From Eubacteriales bacterium (GTDB lineage: Bacteria; Bacillota; Clostridia; Oscillospirales; CAG-272): a stretch of DNA of 64,000 bases. The position numbers were made by a program, and so were the translations under genes. Positions within the stretch are counted from its first letter, which is position 1. Each line of letters opens with the position of its first letter. Below, piece by piece: positions 18,398 to 28,161 of this stretch. The stretch covers positions 4,430-68,429 of the forward strand of contig JAZURO010000032.1 of NCBI GenBank assembly GCA_045606265.1, given 5' to 3'. Under the pieces are notes generated by a model that was not told the origin of the DNA, searched no databases, and worked only from the letters and a program-made list of their open reading frames with translations.

Positions 18398-18527
18398 TTT
18401 TACACCTACTTTTCCGTTTATATTCTAAGTAAATATTAACCTACAAACCTTAAAAATTCCTTAAATAAATACAATATGTAAAAAATGCTTAATTTTTTTT
18501 TGTTTTTTTGTGCCTTAGTAACAAAAA

Positions 18528-18574
18528 TAACAATATATTGATTTTTCTCTTGACAGAAACACAATATATAGTTA
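18528..18574 (+). promoter_or_regulatory. two tandem NrdR-box-like palindromes
   Basis: taaCAATATATTGatt (18528-18543) and acaCAATATATAGtta (18559-18574), compared with the remembered consensus acaCwAtATaTwGtgt. They are offset by 31 bp and the second overlaps the promoter spacer and -10. Confidence 0.65.
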
Positions 18575-18578
18575 TAAT
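18550..18578 (+). promoter_or_regulatory. consensus sigma-A promoter for nrdDG (TTGACA-17-TATAAT)
   Basis: ttgaca 18550-18555, 17-nt spacer, tataat 18573-18578. Confidence 0.7.
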
Positions 18579-18637
18579 TAGAATGTCGAATTTTAGTGTT
18601 AATTTCAAATTAATAAGTTTAATTAAGAGGAGGTTTT

Positions 18638-20812
18638 ATGAAAATCATTAAAAGAAATGGTTCGGAAGCGATCTTTGATCCTAACAAAATAATCGTAGCC
18701 GTAACCAAAGCAAATGAAAGCGTAGTTCCCAGCGCAAGAATGACCGACATTCAGATTAAGAGAATCGCTGAGGACGTTGAAATGGCAGCTCTCCATATGA
18801 ACCGTTCATTGAACGTTGAAGAGATACAGGATATGGTCGAGGACCAAATTATGAATCAGCGTGCGTTTGACGTTGCAAGAAGATATATTACATACAGATA
18901 CACTAGAGCTCTCGTCAGAAAATCAAATACTACTGACGAACAGATACTTAGCTTAATAGAATGTAACAATGAAGAAGTAAAACAAGAAAATTCAAACAAG
19001 AATCCTACCGTAAACAGCGTACAGCGTGACTATATGGCGGGTGAAGTCAGCAAGGATATCACAAAAAGAATTCTGTTGCCTGCTGACATAGTTGAAGCAC
19101 ATGAAAAAGGAATCATACACTTCCACGATTCCGACTACTTTGCTCAGCACATGCACAACTGTGATCTTGTAAATCTTGAGGATATGCTTCAAAACGGTAC
19201 CGTAATCAGCGGCACAATGATCGAAAAACCTCACAGCTTTTCTACCGCTTGTAATATTGCTACCCAAATCATCGCACAGGTAGCTTCTTGCCAATACGGT
19301 GGTCAAAGTATAAGCCTTACTCACCTTGCACCCTTTGTCGATATTAGCAGACAAAAGATAAGAGTCAAGGTTGAAAATGAGCTTAAAACAATAAATCCCG
19401 ACGTAACGCTTGAAGATATTGATAGAATAACAGAAGAACGTTTGCTTGAAGAGATAAGAAGCGGCGTTCAGACAATTCAATATCAGGTAGTTACTTTGAT
19501 GACTACCAACGGACAAGCCCCCTTCGTTACTGTATTTATGTATCTCAACGAAGCAAAAAATGAGCAGGAAAAGAAGGACCTCGCAATTATTATCGAAGAA
19601 ACTCTTAAACAAAGATATCAGGGAGTTAAAAATGAAAAGGGTGTTTGGGTAACCCCCGCCTTCCCCAAGCTGATATACGTTCTTGAAGAAGACAATATTC
19701 ACGAGGATAGTCCTTATTATTATCTCACAAAGCTTGCAGCTAAATGCACAGCTAAGAGAATGGTTCCCGACTATATTTCCGAAAAAATAATGCTCCAGAA
19801 TAAAATCGATAAAAATGGCGATGGACATTGTTATACATGTATGGGATGCAGAAGCTTCTTAACCCCCTATATTGATGAGAACGGACAGCCCAAGTATTAC
19901 GGTAGATTCAATCAAGGTGTAGTTACTGTTAATCTTGTTGACATTGGTCTTTCCGCAGAGGGTGATATAAATAGATTCTGGCAGATTTTTGATGAAAGAA
20001 TGGAGCTTTGTCACAGAGCACTCCAATGCCGTCATGAGAGACTTACCGGCACACTTTCTGATGCAGCACCGATTCTTTGGCAACACGGAGCTCTTCTTAG
20101 ACTCCCCAAAGGTGAAGTGATTGACAAATATCTTCACGGTGGATATTCTACACTTTCTCTCGGCTATGCAGGACTTTGGGAATGCGTTCTTGCTTTGAAC
20201 GGTAAGAAATTAACCGAACCTGACGGTGAAAAATTGGGGCTTGAGATTATGAAAAAGCTCAATGAATATACTGCTAAGTGGAAGGCTGCTGAATGTATTG
20301 ATTATTCCCTTTACGGTACTCCCCTTGAGAGCACAACATATAAATTTGCAAAATGCTTGCAAAAACGATTCGGTATTCGCAAGGGTATTACCGATAAAAC
20401 GTATATAACAAATAGTTACCATATTCACGTAACCGAGGAAATTGACGCCTTCAAGAAGTTGGCTATCGAAGCAAAGTTCCAGGCCCTTTCTCCTGGTGGC
20501 GCTATTTCATACGTTGAAGTTCCCAATATGCAAAATAATATAGATGCTGTATTGTCAGTTATGAAATTCATATACGATAATATTATGTATGCCGAGCTTA
20601 ACACAAAGAGCGACTACTGTCAGCTTTGTGGATTTGATGGCGAAATTGAAGTTGTTGATATTGAAGGCAAGCTCGTATGGCAATGTCCGAACTGTGGCAA
20701 CACCGATCAGGCTACTATGAACGTTGCAAGACGAACATGTGGATATATTGGCACACAATACTGGAATCAAGGAAGAACGCAAGAAATTAAAGAAAGAGTT
20801 CTTCATTTATAA
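18638..20812 (+). CDS. nrdD: anaerobic ribonucleoside-triphosphate reductase (class III)
   Basis: N-terminal ATP-cone, C-terminal zinc motif CQLCG...CPNCG and glycyl-radical motif RRTCGYIG. Confidence 0.95.
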   Translation: MKIIKRNGSEAIFDPNKIIVAVTKANESVVPSARMTDIQIKRIAEDVEMAALHMNRSLNVEEIQDMVEDQIMNQRAFDVARRYITYRYTRALVRKSNTTDEQILSLIECNNEEVKQENSNKNPTVNSVQRDYMAGEVSKDITKRILLPADIVEAHEKGIIHFHDSDYFAQHMHNCDLVNLEDMLQNGTVISGTMIEKPHSFSTACNIATQIIAQVASCQYGGQSISLTHLAPFVDISRQKIRVKVENELKTINPDVTLEDIDRITEERLLEEIRSGVQTIQYQVVTLMTTNGQAPFVTVFMYLNEAKNEQEKKDLAIIIEETLKQRYQGVKNEKGVWVTPAFPKLIYVLEEDNIHEDSPYYYLTKLAAKCTAKRMVPDYISEKIMLQNKIDKNGDGHCYTCMGCRSFLTPYIDENGQPKYYGRFNQGVVTVNLVDIGLSAEGDINRFWQIFDERMELCHRALQCRHERLTGTLSDAAPILWQHGALLRLPKGEVIDKYLHGGYSTLSLGYAGLWECVLALNGKKLTEPDGEKLGLEIMKKLNEYTAKWKAAECIDYSLYGTPLESTTYKFAKCLQKRFGIRKGITDKTYITNSYHIHVTEEIDAFKKLAIEAKFQALSPGGAISYVEVPNMQNNIDAVLSVMKFIYDNIMYAELNTKSDYCQLCGFDGEIEVVDIEGKLVWQCPNCGNTDQATMNVARRTCGYIGTQYWNQGRTQEIKERVLHL

Positions 20813-20820
20813 AAAATCAC

Positions 20821-20847
20821 AATCCCTTGCTTACAAAGCAAGGGATT
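20821..20847 (+). promoter_or_regulatory. intercistronic stem-loop between nrdD and nrdG
   Basis: aatcccttgc-ttacaaa-gcaagggatt (10 bp) with no following U-tract. Confidence 0.5.
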
Positions 20848-20866
20848 GTTAATCAAAGGTAAAATT

Positions 20867-21427
20867 ATGAATTATGCACTTATTCGTGAAAATGATATAG
20901 CTAACGGTCCCGGTGTAAGAACTTCCCTTTTTGTAAGCGGTTGCCGTCATCATTGTAAGGGCTGTTTTAATCCTGAGACTTGGAATTTTAGTTATGGACA
21001 GCCATTCACTCAGAATGAAATTGACTACATTATAGAAGCAACTATGCCTTCGTTTGTTGAGGGGCTTACACTTCTTGGAGGTGAACCTTTTGAACCTGAA
21101 AACCAAGAAGCTCTTATCGAGCTTTTGAAGCAATTCAAGAAAAAAATACCTAACAAGAAAGTTTGGTGCTACACGGGTTTTAGTTTTGAAAATGAACTGC
21201 TACCCAAAATACACAAGAACGAGGAAAACGTTCAGAGATTATTAGAACATATAGACGTGTTGGTGGACGGTAAATTCGTTGAAGAATTAAAAAGCTCTGC
21301 ATTATTATTCAGAGGGTCCTCTAATCAAAACATAATTGATGTTCCCTCTTCTTTGAAATCGAACAAACTCGTATTGTTAGATGGCAAATGGGAAAGAACC
21401 ATGGGAAGCGGCAACATATACGACTAA
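20867..21427 (+). CDS. nrdG: anaerobic ribonucleotide reductase activating protein (radical SAM)
   Basis: DIANGPGVRTSLFVSGCRHHCKGCFN (CxxxCxxC). The ATG at 20867 with AAAGG upstream is preferred over the TTG at 20846, which lies inside the hairpin. Confidence 0.9.
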   Translation: MNYALIRENDIANGPGVRTSLFVSGCRHHCKGCFNPETWNFSYGQPFTQNEIDYIIEATMPSFVEGLTLLGGEPFEPENQEALIELLKQFKKKIPNKKVWCYTGFSFENELLPKIHKNEENVQRLLEHIDVLVDGKFVEELKSSALLFRGSSNQNIIDVPSSLKSNKLVLLDGKWERTMGSGNIYD

Positions 21428-21457
21428 AAAAAGCTCAATCTTACGATTGAGCTTTTT
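21426..21457. terminator. bidirectional intrinsic terminator
   Basis: aaaaagctcaatc-ttac-gattgagcttttt between convergent nrdG and the P-loop gene. Confidence 0.75.
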
Positions 21458-21464
21458 GTATTTA

Positions 21465-21872
21465 TCAGATGAATTTTCTCATTATATCTGTTACGTTTTC
21501 AGCGGGCAAAGAAGATGTGAGAATCACATTAACATTACTTCTGAGTGCAAGTGCCTCAACTTCAAGCAAGAATTTTTCAAATGCGGGAACGTCCTCATTA
21601 CAAATCTTCAAGCAAGAGTCAATAAAGATCTCGGTAACATCGTAGTTACTTGCTAAAATACCTGCCACAAATCCGAAAAGGGATTGAGCATCAGCCACCA
21701 AATATTCAACAGTATCTATAAGTCTAACTTGGCTGTTAACGTCATAACGCAATTTGTTACCCTTTTCAATGCAAACTACGCATCCCTTAGTTTCAGACTG
21801 CGCCTGATTTACCATTTCAATAAGAGTTTTTGTTTTGCCTGTACCCTTAACGCCAATTATCAATTTCACCAT
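21465..21872 (-). CDS. small stand-alone P-loop NTPase, function unknown
   Basis: 135 aa; Walker A GVKGTGKT at residues 7-14, candidate Walker B EIFID; own promoter and terminator. Confidence 0.6.
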   Translation of the reverse strand: MVKLIIGVKGTGKTKTLIEMVNQAQSETKGCVVCIEKGNKLRYDVNSQVRLIDTVEYLVADAQSLFGFVAGILASNYDVTEIFIDSCLKICNEDVPAFEKFLLEVEALALRSNVNVILTSSLPAENVTDIMRKFI

Positions 21873-21924
21873 AATAAAATTACCTCCAAGAGTTAATTAA
21901 AGCATTTTGCTTCCTTATGTATTA

Positions 21925-21953
21925 ATTATACACTAAGCTTTCAAAAAAAGCAA
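21925..21953 (-). promoter_or_regulatory. sigma-A type promoter (TTGCTT-17-TATAAT) for the P-loop gene
   Basis: Minus strand: ttgctt (21953-21948), 17-nt spacer, tataat (21930-21925). Confidence 0.55.
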
Positions 21954-22011
21954 GTAGTTTTAATAAAAAATTAACTAAAAATATACACAAAATTCTAAAA
22001 AATCTTGAAGA

Positions 22012-23349
22012 TTATACATTTCTTGCTTCAAGTTCTTTTCTGCGCTCCTCATATCCAGGTTTTCCAAGCATTGCAAACATATTCTTCTTATATTCTTCAA
22101 CACCGGGCTGATCAAAAGGATTAACACCAAGAAGGTATCCTGACATTGCGCAAGCAAGCTCAAAGAAGTAGATAAGATAACCAAGTGAGTACGCATTTCT
22201 TTCAGCTATCTCTATGTGGATGTTTGGTACGTCACCGTCAATGTGTGCCAGCTGAGTTGCTCTCATAGCTGTTTGCTTAAGATCGTTAATATCGCGTCCT
22301 GCAAGGAAGTTTAGACCGTCGATATTCGCCTCATCATAAGGAATTGTAAACGTGCTCTTAGTATCATGAACCGAGAGAACTGTTTCAAACAGCATCTTTT
22401 CACCCTGCTGAATATATTGACCGAGTGAATGCAAGTCTGTTGAAAAGATAAGCGAAGATGGGAATATTCCCTTTCCGTCCTTACCCTCACTTTCACCGTA
22501 AAGTTGCTTCCACCATTCTTGAAGCGTTGCTGTAAAAGGCTCATAACCAACAAGAATTTCAAGATGCTTTCCTTTGCGGTAAAGAATATTTCTAATAGCT
22601 GCATATTTATATGCATCATTTTTTCTAAGATCGGGATCAGAATATGCAAGTCTTGCATCATTTGCGCCCTTCATAAGATTATCAATATCAATACCTGCAA
22701 CTGCAACAGGAAGAAGTCCAACTGCTGTCAATACTGAGAATCTTCCGCCTACGTCATCGGGGATTACAAATGTTTCGTATCCCTGCTTAGTAGCAAATGA
22801 TTTAAGCGTTCCGCGTTCTTTATCGGTTGTAACATAAATTCTTCTATTTGCTTCTTCAATGCCATATTTCTTTTCCAAAAAAGCGCGAAGAATTCTAAAT
22901 GCAACAGCCGGTTCAGTAGTAGTGCCGGATTTAGAAATTACATTTATGCATACGTTCTTATGCTCACAAATATATAGCAATTCGTTAAGATAAGCTGCGC
23001 TTATATTACATCCGGCATAATAAATTGAGGGGGTGTTATTCTTAGCTTCATTGTAGTTAATTGCACTAAGAAACTCGATAATAGCTTTTGTTCCAAGATA
23101 GGAACCACCTATACCAATTACAATAAACGCATCACAATCATTTTGTATTTTTTTAGCAGCTGCCTTTATTCTTTCAAATTCTTCTTTATCGTAATTTTCA
23201 GGAAGATCCATCCATCCAAGGAAATCGCTACCTGCGCCACTTCTTTCTTTAAGCATTTTATCAGCAAGAGTAACCATAGGTGAGATGCAATCATACTCGT
23301 GTTCTGCTATAAATTTTTTCAAATATTGGTCATTTAATTTAAGTGTCAT
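22012..23349 (-). CDS. pgi: glucose-6-phosphate isomerase
   Basis: 445-aa Firmicutes-type PGI: [23 protein letters not shown] and [11 protein letters not shown] motifs. Confidence 0.95.
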   Translation of the reverse strand: MTLKLNDQYLKKFIAEHEYDCISPMVTLADKMLKERSGAGSDFLGWMDLPENYDKEEFERIKAAAKKIQNDCDAFIVIGIGGSYLGTKAIIEFLSAINYNEAKNNTPSIYYAGCNISAAYLNELLYICEHKNVCINVISKSGTTTEPAVAFRILRAFLEKKYGIEEANRRIYVTTDKERGTLKSFATKQGYETFVIPDDVGGRFSVLTAVGLLPVAVAGIDIDNLMKGANDARLAYSDPDLRKNDAYKYAAIRNILYRKGKHLEILVGYEPFTATLQEWWKQLYGESEGKDGKGIFPSSLIFSTDLHSLGQYIQQGEKMLFETVLSVHDTKSTFTIPYDEANIDGLNFLAGRDINDLKQTAMRATQLAHIDGDVPNIHIEIAERNAYSLGYLIYFFELACAMSGYLLGVNPFDQPGVEEYKKNMFAMLGKPGYEERRKELEARNV

Positions 23350-23423
23350 AATAAACTTCCCTTCTAAAAATCAACTATTATGTATTGTACTACTTTTTTA
23401 GAAAAAAAGCAATACTATTTTCG

Positions 23424-24590
23424 TTATTTTATAAGGAATTTTGATAAAATTCTAACAAACAATGTCCAAAAATCTATTTTTTCTATGTTTTCACTCGATA
23501 AAATAGATGATTTACCTATAATTTTGTTATTTATTCGGTACTCTATTTGACCGACTTCATTTCCCTTATATATAGGCGCTTCTATCTTATTTGGTAGATT
23601 TATTGATTTATCTATTTTATTTGCATCTCCTTTTTTTACGACAATCGAAAAATCAGAACTATTGATATGACAATCGTTTTCAATACCATAATTTACCCTT
23701 ATGGGACTCATATTTTCAGCGCAGTCGCTGTATAATTCATAATTAGCAAATCCCCAGTTCAAAAGTTGAGTTGCTATTGAGTTTCTTACATCACTGCTCG
23801 GCGCCCCCATTATTACGCAAATTAAATGCATATTATCTCGTTTAGCAGTTGCACTTACACAAAATTTTGCTTTAGCTGTTGAACCTGTTTTCAGTCCGGT
23901 TGCGCCCTTGTAAAATCTGACTAATCTGTTAGTATTGGTTAATCCAAAGCTCCCGCCTCTAATACTATCCATCCACGTTGAGCTATATTTAAGAATGTCT
24001 TCATATTTGATTAACTCTCTGGACATTATTGCTATATCCCTTGCACTTGTAACGTGATTAAGTACGGTATCATCAAGTCCGTTAGTATTTTCAAAACACG
24101 TGTTATTCATTCCAAGCTCACGGGCTTTTTCGTTCATTTTAAGTACGAATATTTCTTCGGAACCGCTAATATGCTCAGCCAATGCGACCGCTGCATCATT
24201 TGCTGAGGATATTACAATACTTTTTATCATATCCTCAACGCTCATTTGCTCACCTTCTTTCAGATAAATCTGTGAGCCGCCCATTGAAGCAGCATAGGCA
24301 CTTGCGATAACCGTATCACTGTATTTCAAATTACCTTTTTCAATCTCTTCCATAATCAATAACAATGTCATGATTTTAGTAACGGAAGCAGGAGGCAATG
24401 CCTCGTCCGCATTATACTCATACAAAACAGTTCCGGTGGTAGCTTCCATCAAAATTGCACTTTTGCAGTCAAATGTCATAACATTTTTGTTGCCTTCTGT
24501 ACCATATATCGGATAACTTACAAAGGAAAAAACAATAAGAATACATAAAATAATGCACATAGTCTTTTTACATAAAAATAAAAAACTCAT
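23424..24590 (-). CDS. D-alanyl-D-alanine carboxypeptidase (S11, DacB/DacF-like)
   Basis: Signal peptide, SVTKIMT (SxxK), SANDAA (SxN), KTGST (KTG). The ATG at 24590 has 9-nt spacing from AGGAG, whereas the ORF-track ATG at 24599 abuts it. Confidence 0.85.
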   Translation of the reverse strand: MSFLFLCKKTMCIILCILIVFSFVSYPIYGTEGNKNVMTFDCKSAILMEATTGTVLYEYNADEALPPASVTKIMTLLLIMEEIEKGNLKYSDTVIASAYAASMGGSQIYLKEGEQMSVEDMIKSIVISSANDAAVALAEHISGSEEIFVLKMNEKARELGMNNTCFENTNGLDDTVLNHVTSARDIAIMSRELIKYEDILKYSSTWMDSIRGGSFGLTNTNRLVRFYKGATGLKTGSTAKAKFCVSATAKRDNMHLICVIMGAPSSDVRNSIATQLLNWGFANYELYSDCAENMSPIRVNYGIENDCHINSSDFSIVVKKGDANKIDKSINLPNKIEAPIYKGNEVGQIEYRINNKIIGKSSILSSENIEKIDFWTLFVRILSKFLIK

Positions 24591-24662
24591 ATATTTCATC
24601 TCCTAAATCTATTTAGTGAAATATATGAGTTATTATGCTTATTTATTCTAATATGATCTATT

Positions 24663-25556
24663 TTAGTTTTTCAATATACCCTCAATTACCAATGCTCCGT
24701 CAGCAACAGCAGTAATGATCTGGTAAACTTCACGTTCTCTGATATCTCCAACTGCATATAAATTTTCAATATTAGTTTTGCAATAATTATCAGTTAATAT
24801 TTGGCCGTTTGGTGCCTTTTGCAATCCCTCAATCTCAAAAGTCATATTTGCTACTTCACCTACAGCTCCGAATACACCGTGACAGTCAATGTGATAAATA
24901 TCTTTTCCGTTCAATAAAAGATCAAGTCCCTCAACAAAATCTACTCCCTTAATCTCACTAACGGTTGCATTCAAAACAAACTCAATATTGTCTTTTGCTT
25001 TTGCTCTCTCAACAAGATAATTTGCAGCTCTGAAAGTATCTCGTCTATGAATAAGATATACCTTTTGGCAGATTGCAGATAAATAGATCGCTTGCGTTAA
25101 TGCACTATCTCCGCCACCTATAACGCAAACAGCTTTATTTCTGAAAAAGAAGCCGTCACAGGTTGCACAGTAAGATACACCTGCCCCCGCAAACTTCTCT
25201 TCACCTTTGACACCTAAATGTTTGTGTGATCTTCCCATAGCTAAAATCAAATGCTTACATTCAAAAACATCTCTCTTTGTTGATACCTTAAAACCACCGT
25301 CAATCTTCTCAACGGATACAACTGCCCTTTTTACAATAGGTATATCCTGCGCTTTAACGTGTTCAGTAAACACGTTGTGCAATTCCAATCCGCTTATTGC
25401 ATTAAATCCAAGATAGTTTTCAACCTCGGTCGCCTTGGTCAACTGGCAGTCTCCTGCCCCTTTATCAATTATTATTACAGAAAGACCTGCCCTTTTTGCA
25501 TAAATTGCAGTAGAAAGACCCGCAGGACCTCCTCCAATTATCAATACATCCGTCAT
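24663..25556 (-). CDS. trxB: thioredoxin-disulfide reductase
   Basis: GGGPAGLSTAIYA FAD motif, redox CATCDG, GGGDSA and HRRDTFRA NADPH motifs. Confidence 0.85.
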   Translation of the reverse strand: MTDVLIIGGGPAGLSTAIYAKRAGLSVIIIDKGAGDCQLTKATEVENYLGFNAISGLELHNVFTEHVKAQDIPIVKRAVVSVEKIDGGFKVSTKRDVFECKHLILAMGRSHKHLGVKGEEKFAGAGVSYCATCDGFFFRNKAVCVIGGGDSALTQAIYLSAICQKVYLIHRRDTFRAANYLVERAKAKDNIEFVLNATVSEIKGVDFVEGLDLLLNGKDIYHIDCHGVFGAVGEVANMTFEIEGLQKAPNGQILTDNYCKTNIENLYAVGDIREREVYQIITAVADGALVIEGILKN

Positions 25557-25566
25557 ATTTATCTCC

Positions 25567-25872
25567 TTATTCTACATAGTATATTGTTTCGTCAGGAAAG
25601 CAATACCCCATAATACGTGCCATTCTCTCCTTGTATTCATCGTCGATTTCAGTATTTATATAGTACTTCAATTCATCAATCTCGATGCTTTTATTAACGT
25701 AAATATCCTCTAAAACTTCATTTTTTTGCTTAACAGCAATATATTCCATCATATTATTGGCGGAAATAATGCACGCCACAATAACGATTATAAGTGAGAA
25801 CAAACCCAGTAGAATAGAAGGAAGTCTTTTGATTCTCTTTTGAGATGATTTATTTGATTTTTTCAACTTCAT
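25567..25872 (-). CDS. divIC: septum formation initiator family protein (DivIC/FtsB)
   Basis: 101 aa with a basic N-terminus, one TM and a coiled-coil; conserved position after yabQ. Confidence 0.75.
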   Translation of the reverse strand: MKLKKSNKSSQKRIKRLPSILLGLFSLIIVIVACIISANNMMEYIAVKQKNEVLEDIYVNKSIEIDELKYYINTEIDDEYKERMARIMGYCFPDETIYYVE

Positions 25873-25890
25873 TTCCTCTCCAAACCATAA

Positions 25891-26325
25891 TTAAAGAATA
25901 GTATTCTTTACGTTATTATTATACAACTTAATATGTATTTTTTCAATAGTTAAGAATAAAAAAACTAATATTTTTGTTAATATATTCCAAACAAATCTTA
26001 TAGCTGTTATAGGGGGGATAAGAATCATTATAGTTAGTTTCCTCAGTATTTTAGATATTATCGCAAGATAAATATAAATACCCAGTATTATAGACGCTGC
26101 ATAAACACCTCTGAATATTCCTTTATTAGTATAGAAGAGCGTTAGGATCATTAATAGTGAATAAGAAATAACGGAAATACAGTCAATCAAAGATAAAAGT
26201 ATTGTTTTACGCTTATTTTTTATTCTATTTATTAACAATCTTAGAGTATCAAAAAACCAAGTCAGTATACAAGAACACGCAAATGTCAAGATACCGCTTT
26301 GGAACATTTCTATCGGTTGAACCAT
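25891..26325 (-). CDS. yabQ: spore cortex biosynthesis membrane protein YabQ
   Basis: Polytopic small membrane protein immediately downstream of yabP, matching the B. subtilis yabP-yabQ-divIC order. Confidence 0.7.
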   Translation of the reverse strand: MVQPIEMFQSGILTFACSCILTWFFDTLRLLINRIKNKRKTILLSLIDCISVISYSLLMILTLFYTNKGIFRGVYAASIILGIYIYLAIISKILRKLTIMILIPPITAIRFVWNILTKILVFLFLTIEKIHIKLYNNNVKNTIL

Positions 26326-26328
26326 ATA

Positions 26329-26625
26329 CTATTTGAAAATACGTGACAGTAAAGATCTCTTGTCACTTTCAAATAAATCATAATAATTTATCCCATTTAT
26401 TTTGCCTGTTATCTCCAATTCTCCCTTTTCTACGTTCAACACATTAATGTGGATACTTTCTCCTTCTATACCCAACTCTCCGCAAACTGTTCTTACATTC
26501 ATACTCTTGTCATCAAAATTTATTATTTCCTTTACACCAGTAATACTCATTTTTTCTCTATAATGTAACGTTAATAAGTGCTCTGACTTTGTCGAAGCGG
26601 ATCTTGACTCTAACATAAAAAACAC
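26329..26625 (-). CDS. yabP: sporulation protein YabP
   Basis: 98 aa; LTLHYREKMSITGVKEIINFDD...ELEITGKI pattern typical of YabP. Confidence 0.85.
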   Translation of the reverse strand: MFFMLESRSASTKSEHLLTLHYREKMSITGVKEIINFDDKSMNVRTVCGELGIEGESIHINVLNVEKGELEITGKINGINYYDLFESDKRSLLSRIFK

Positions 26626-26674
26626 CTCCAGCCTTGTTATTGATAAAATATGCTGGGGGTGTTTTATTTATGAA

Positions 26675-26929
26675 TCATTGTAATACTTTATAAAGCAAAG
26701 ATGCCTCGTCCTTTAATACATGCTCTTTTACGTCTAAAACACATATTTTAAGAGTCCTGTTTCCAAAGGTGATTTCAATAATATCATTTTCTTTAACGTC
26801 ATACGAAGCTTTTGCAGGTCTTCCATTAACAGTTACGTGGGCATTATCGCAAGCTTCATTTGCAACTGTTCTACGCTTAATTATTCTTGAAACCTTTAAG
26901 AATTTATCCAATCTCATATGATACTCCAA
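26675..26929 (-). CDS. S4-domain RNA-binding protein (YabO/Hsp15-like)
   Basis: MRLDKFLKVSRIIKRRTVANEA...VTVNGRPAKAS S4 motif; 84 aa. Confidence 0.85.
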   Translation of the reverse strand: MEYHMRLDKFLKVSRIIKRRTVANEACDNAHVTVNGRPAKASYDVKENDIIEITFGNRTLKICVLDVKEHVLKDEASLLYKVLQ

Positions 26930-26978
26930 AATTAATAAATTATGGGCGGATTACCGCCCATAATCTATATAAATCAAA

Positions 26979-27251
26979 TTAGTTTACTGCATCCTTAAAT
27001 GCCTTACCAGCTGAGAATGTGGGGTGCTTAGAAGCGGGAATAACAATCTCTTCACCGGTCTTGGGATTTCTGCCTTTTCTTTCTTCACGAGCTTTAACTT
27101 CGAATGTACCGAAGCCTACAAGCTGTACTTTTTCTCCATTTTTAAGAGCAGCTACGATAGAATCTGTAACAGCCTTTACAGCAATTTCTGCATCCTTTTT
27201 TGTAAGCTTACCAGCAGCTGCAACTGCTTCAACCAATTGAACTTTGTTCAT
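26979..27251 (-). CDS. hup: HU family DNA-binding protein
   Basis: [11 protein letters not shown]...[24 protein letters not shown]...[13 protein letters not shown]. Confidence 0.95.
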   Translation of the reverse strand: MNKVQLVEAVAAAGKLTKKDAEIAVKAVTDSIVAALKNGEKVQLVGFGTFEVKAREERKGRNPKTGEEIVIPASKHPTFSAGKAFKDAVN

Positions 27252-27312
27252 TTTTAAATCCTAACCTTTCATAAATTATGTAGTGAATTTCACTACAATA
27301 ATATAATAACAC

Positions 27313-27339
27313 AAAACCCTTGATAATGCAAGGGTTTTT
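27313..27339 (-). terminator. stem-loop/terminator downstream of mazG
   Basis: aaaacccttg-ataatg-caagggtttt with A/T runs on both sides. A candidate hup -35 (TTGCAT on the minus strand) lies in its loop. Confidence 0.5.
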
Positions 27340-27446
27340 GCGATTTTTTTAATAAATTTTTATTTATTTTTCACATAAAAATGAACTATTGTTGTTAATA
27401 TACAAACAAATTGCCCAAATTTTGTCTAAAATTAACCAAAATACTT

Positions 27447-28145
27447 TTATTTATATTTTTCAATAAAGGAATTAGTCTTTTTGTACAAGGATTCCTCGGG
27501 ATCAATATCGCATTTGACCGCCACTGCGCTCAGCAAAAACAATACTTCACCCATCTCAGAAGCGGAAATATTGCCACCGTTATTCTTTACGTTATTTAGC
27601 ATTTTATTAATATCGTCAATTATTTCAACATTGGTCATTTCTTTGAATTCACCGGATTTTTTAGACACCTTGGAAGCACGCATAAGTGAAGGCGTCATTG
27701 GAGGAATCGAGGTAAGCTTATCATACATTGTTTCTCTGCTTTTCTCAATATTCTTGATTGTTTCCCAATTGGTTAACACCTCATCAGCCGTGGATGCAGA
27801 AACGTCACCGAAAATATGAGGATGCCTGTGGATCAATTTGGTACAAACATCATTGGCTACGTCATTGATATCGAAATTCCCTGCTTCTCTTTCCATTTGA
27901 CTGTGAAATACTACTTGAAGCAAAACATCTCCAAGCTCTTCACGCAGCAATTTGGAGTCATTGTTATCTATTGCCTCTATAACCTCATATGTTTCTTCTA
28001 TGAAATTCTTTCGTATGCTTTCGTGTGTCTGCTCGGCATCCCAAGGACAGCCGTCCTTTCCGCGAAGGATCTCCATTATTAAACACAAATCATTAAAATC
28101 GTACTCTTTTTTTGATAATAATTTTTCAACTTTTTCGTTTTTCAT
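27447..28145 (-). CDS. mazG: MazG nucleoside triphosphate pyrophosphohydrolase
   Basis: CPWDAEQTHESI...EETYEVIEAI...EELGDVLLQV and second repeat HRHPHIFGD. Confidence 0.9.
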   Translation of the reverse strand: MKNEKVEKLLSKKEYDFNDLCLIMEILRGKDGCPWDAEQTHESIRKNFIEETYEVIEAIDNNDSKLLREELGDVLLQVVFHSQMEREAGNFDINDVANDVCTKLIHRHPHIFGDVSASTADEVLTNWETIKNIEKSRETMYDKLTSIPPMTPSLMRASKVSKKSGEFKEMTNVEIIDDINKMLNNVKNNGGNISASEMGEVLFLLSAVAVKCDIDPEESLYKKTNSFIEKYK

Positions 28146-28161
28146 TTAATTCTCTTTTCTA

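Noticed and set aside
18992-19828. 278-aa ORF antisense to nrdD, strikingly long for AT-rich DNA
   Set aside because: It lies entirely inside a confidently identified, motif-complete nrdD. It has no Shine-Dalgarno, and its translation is low-complexity and Cys/Phe/Ile-rich. An open antisense frame is expected when the sense gene avoids TTA/CTA/TCA codons.
22311-22661. Same-strand alternative-frame ORFs inside pgi (and similar ones inside relA, tsaD-like and the FAD protein gene)
   Set aside because: They are short, lack start signals, and are nested in genes with complete family motifs, so there is no indication of overlapping genes or frameshifting.
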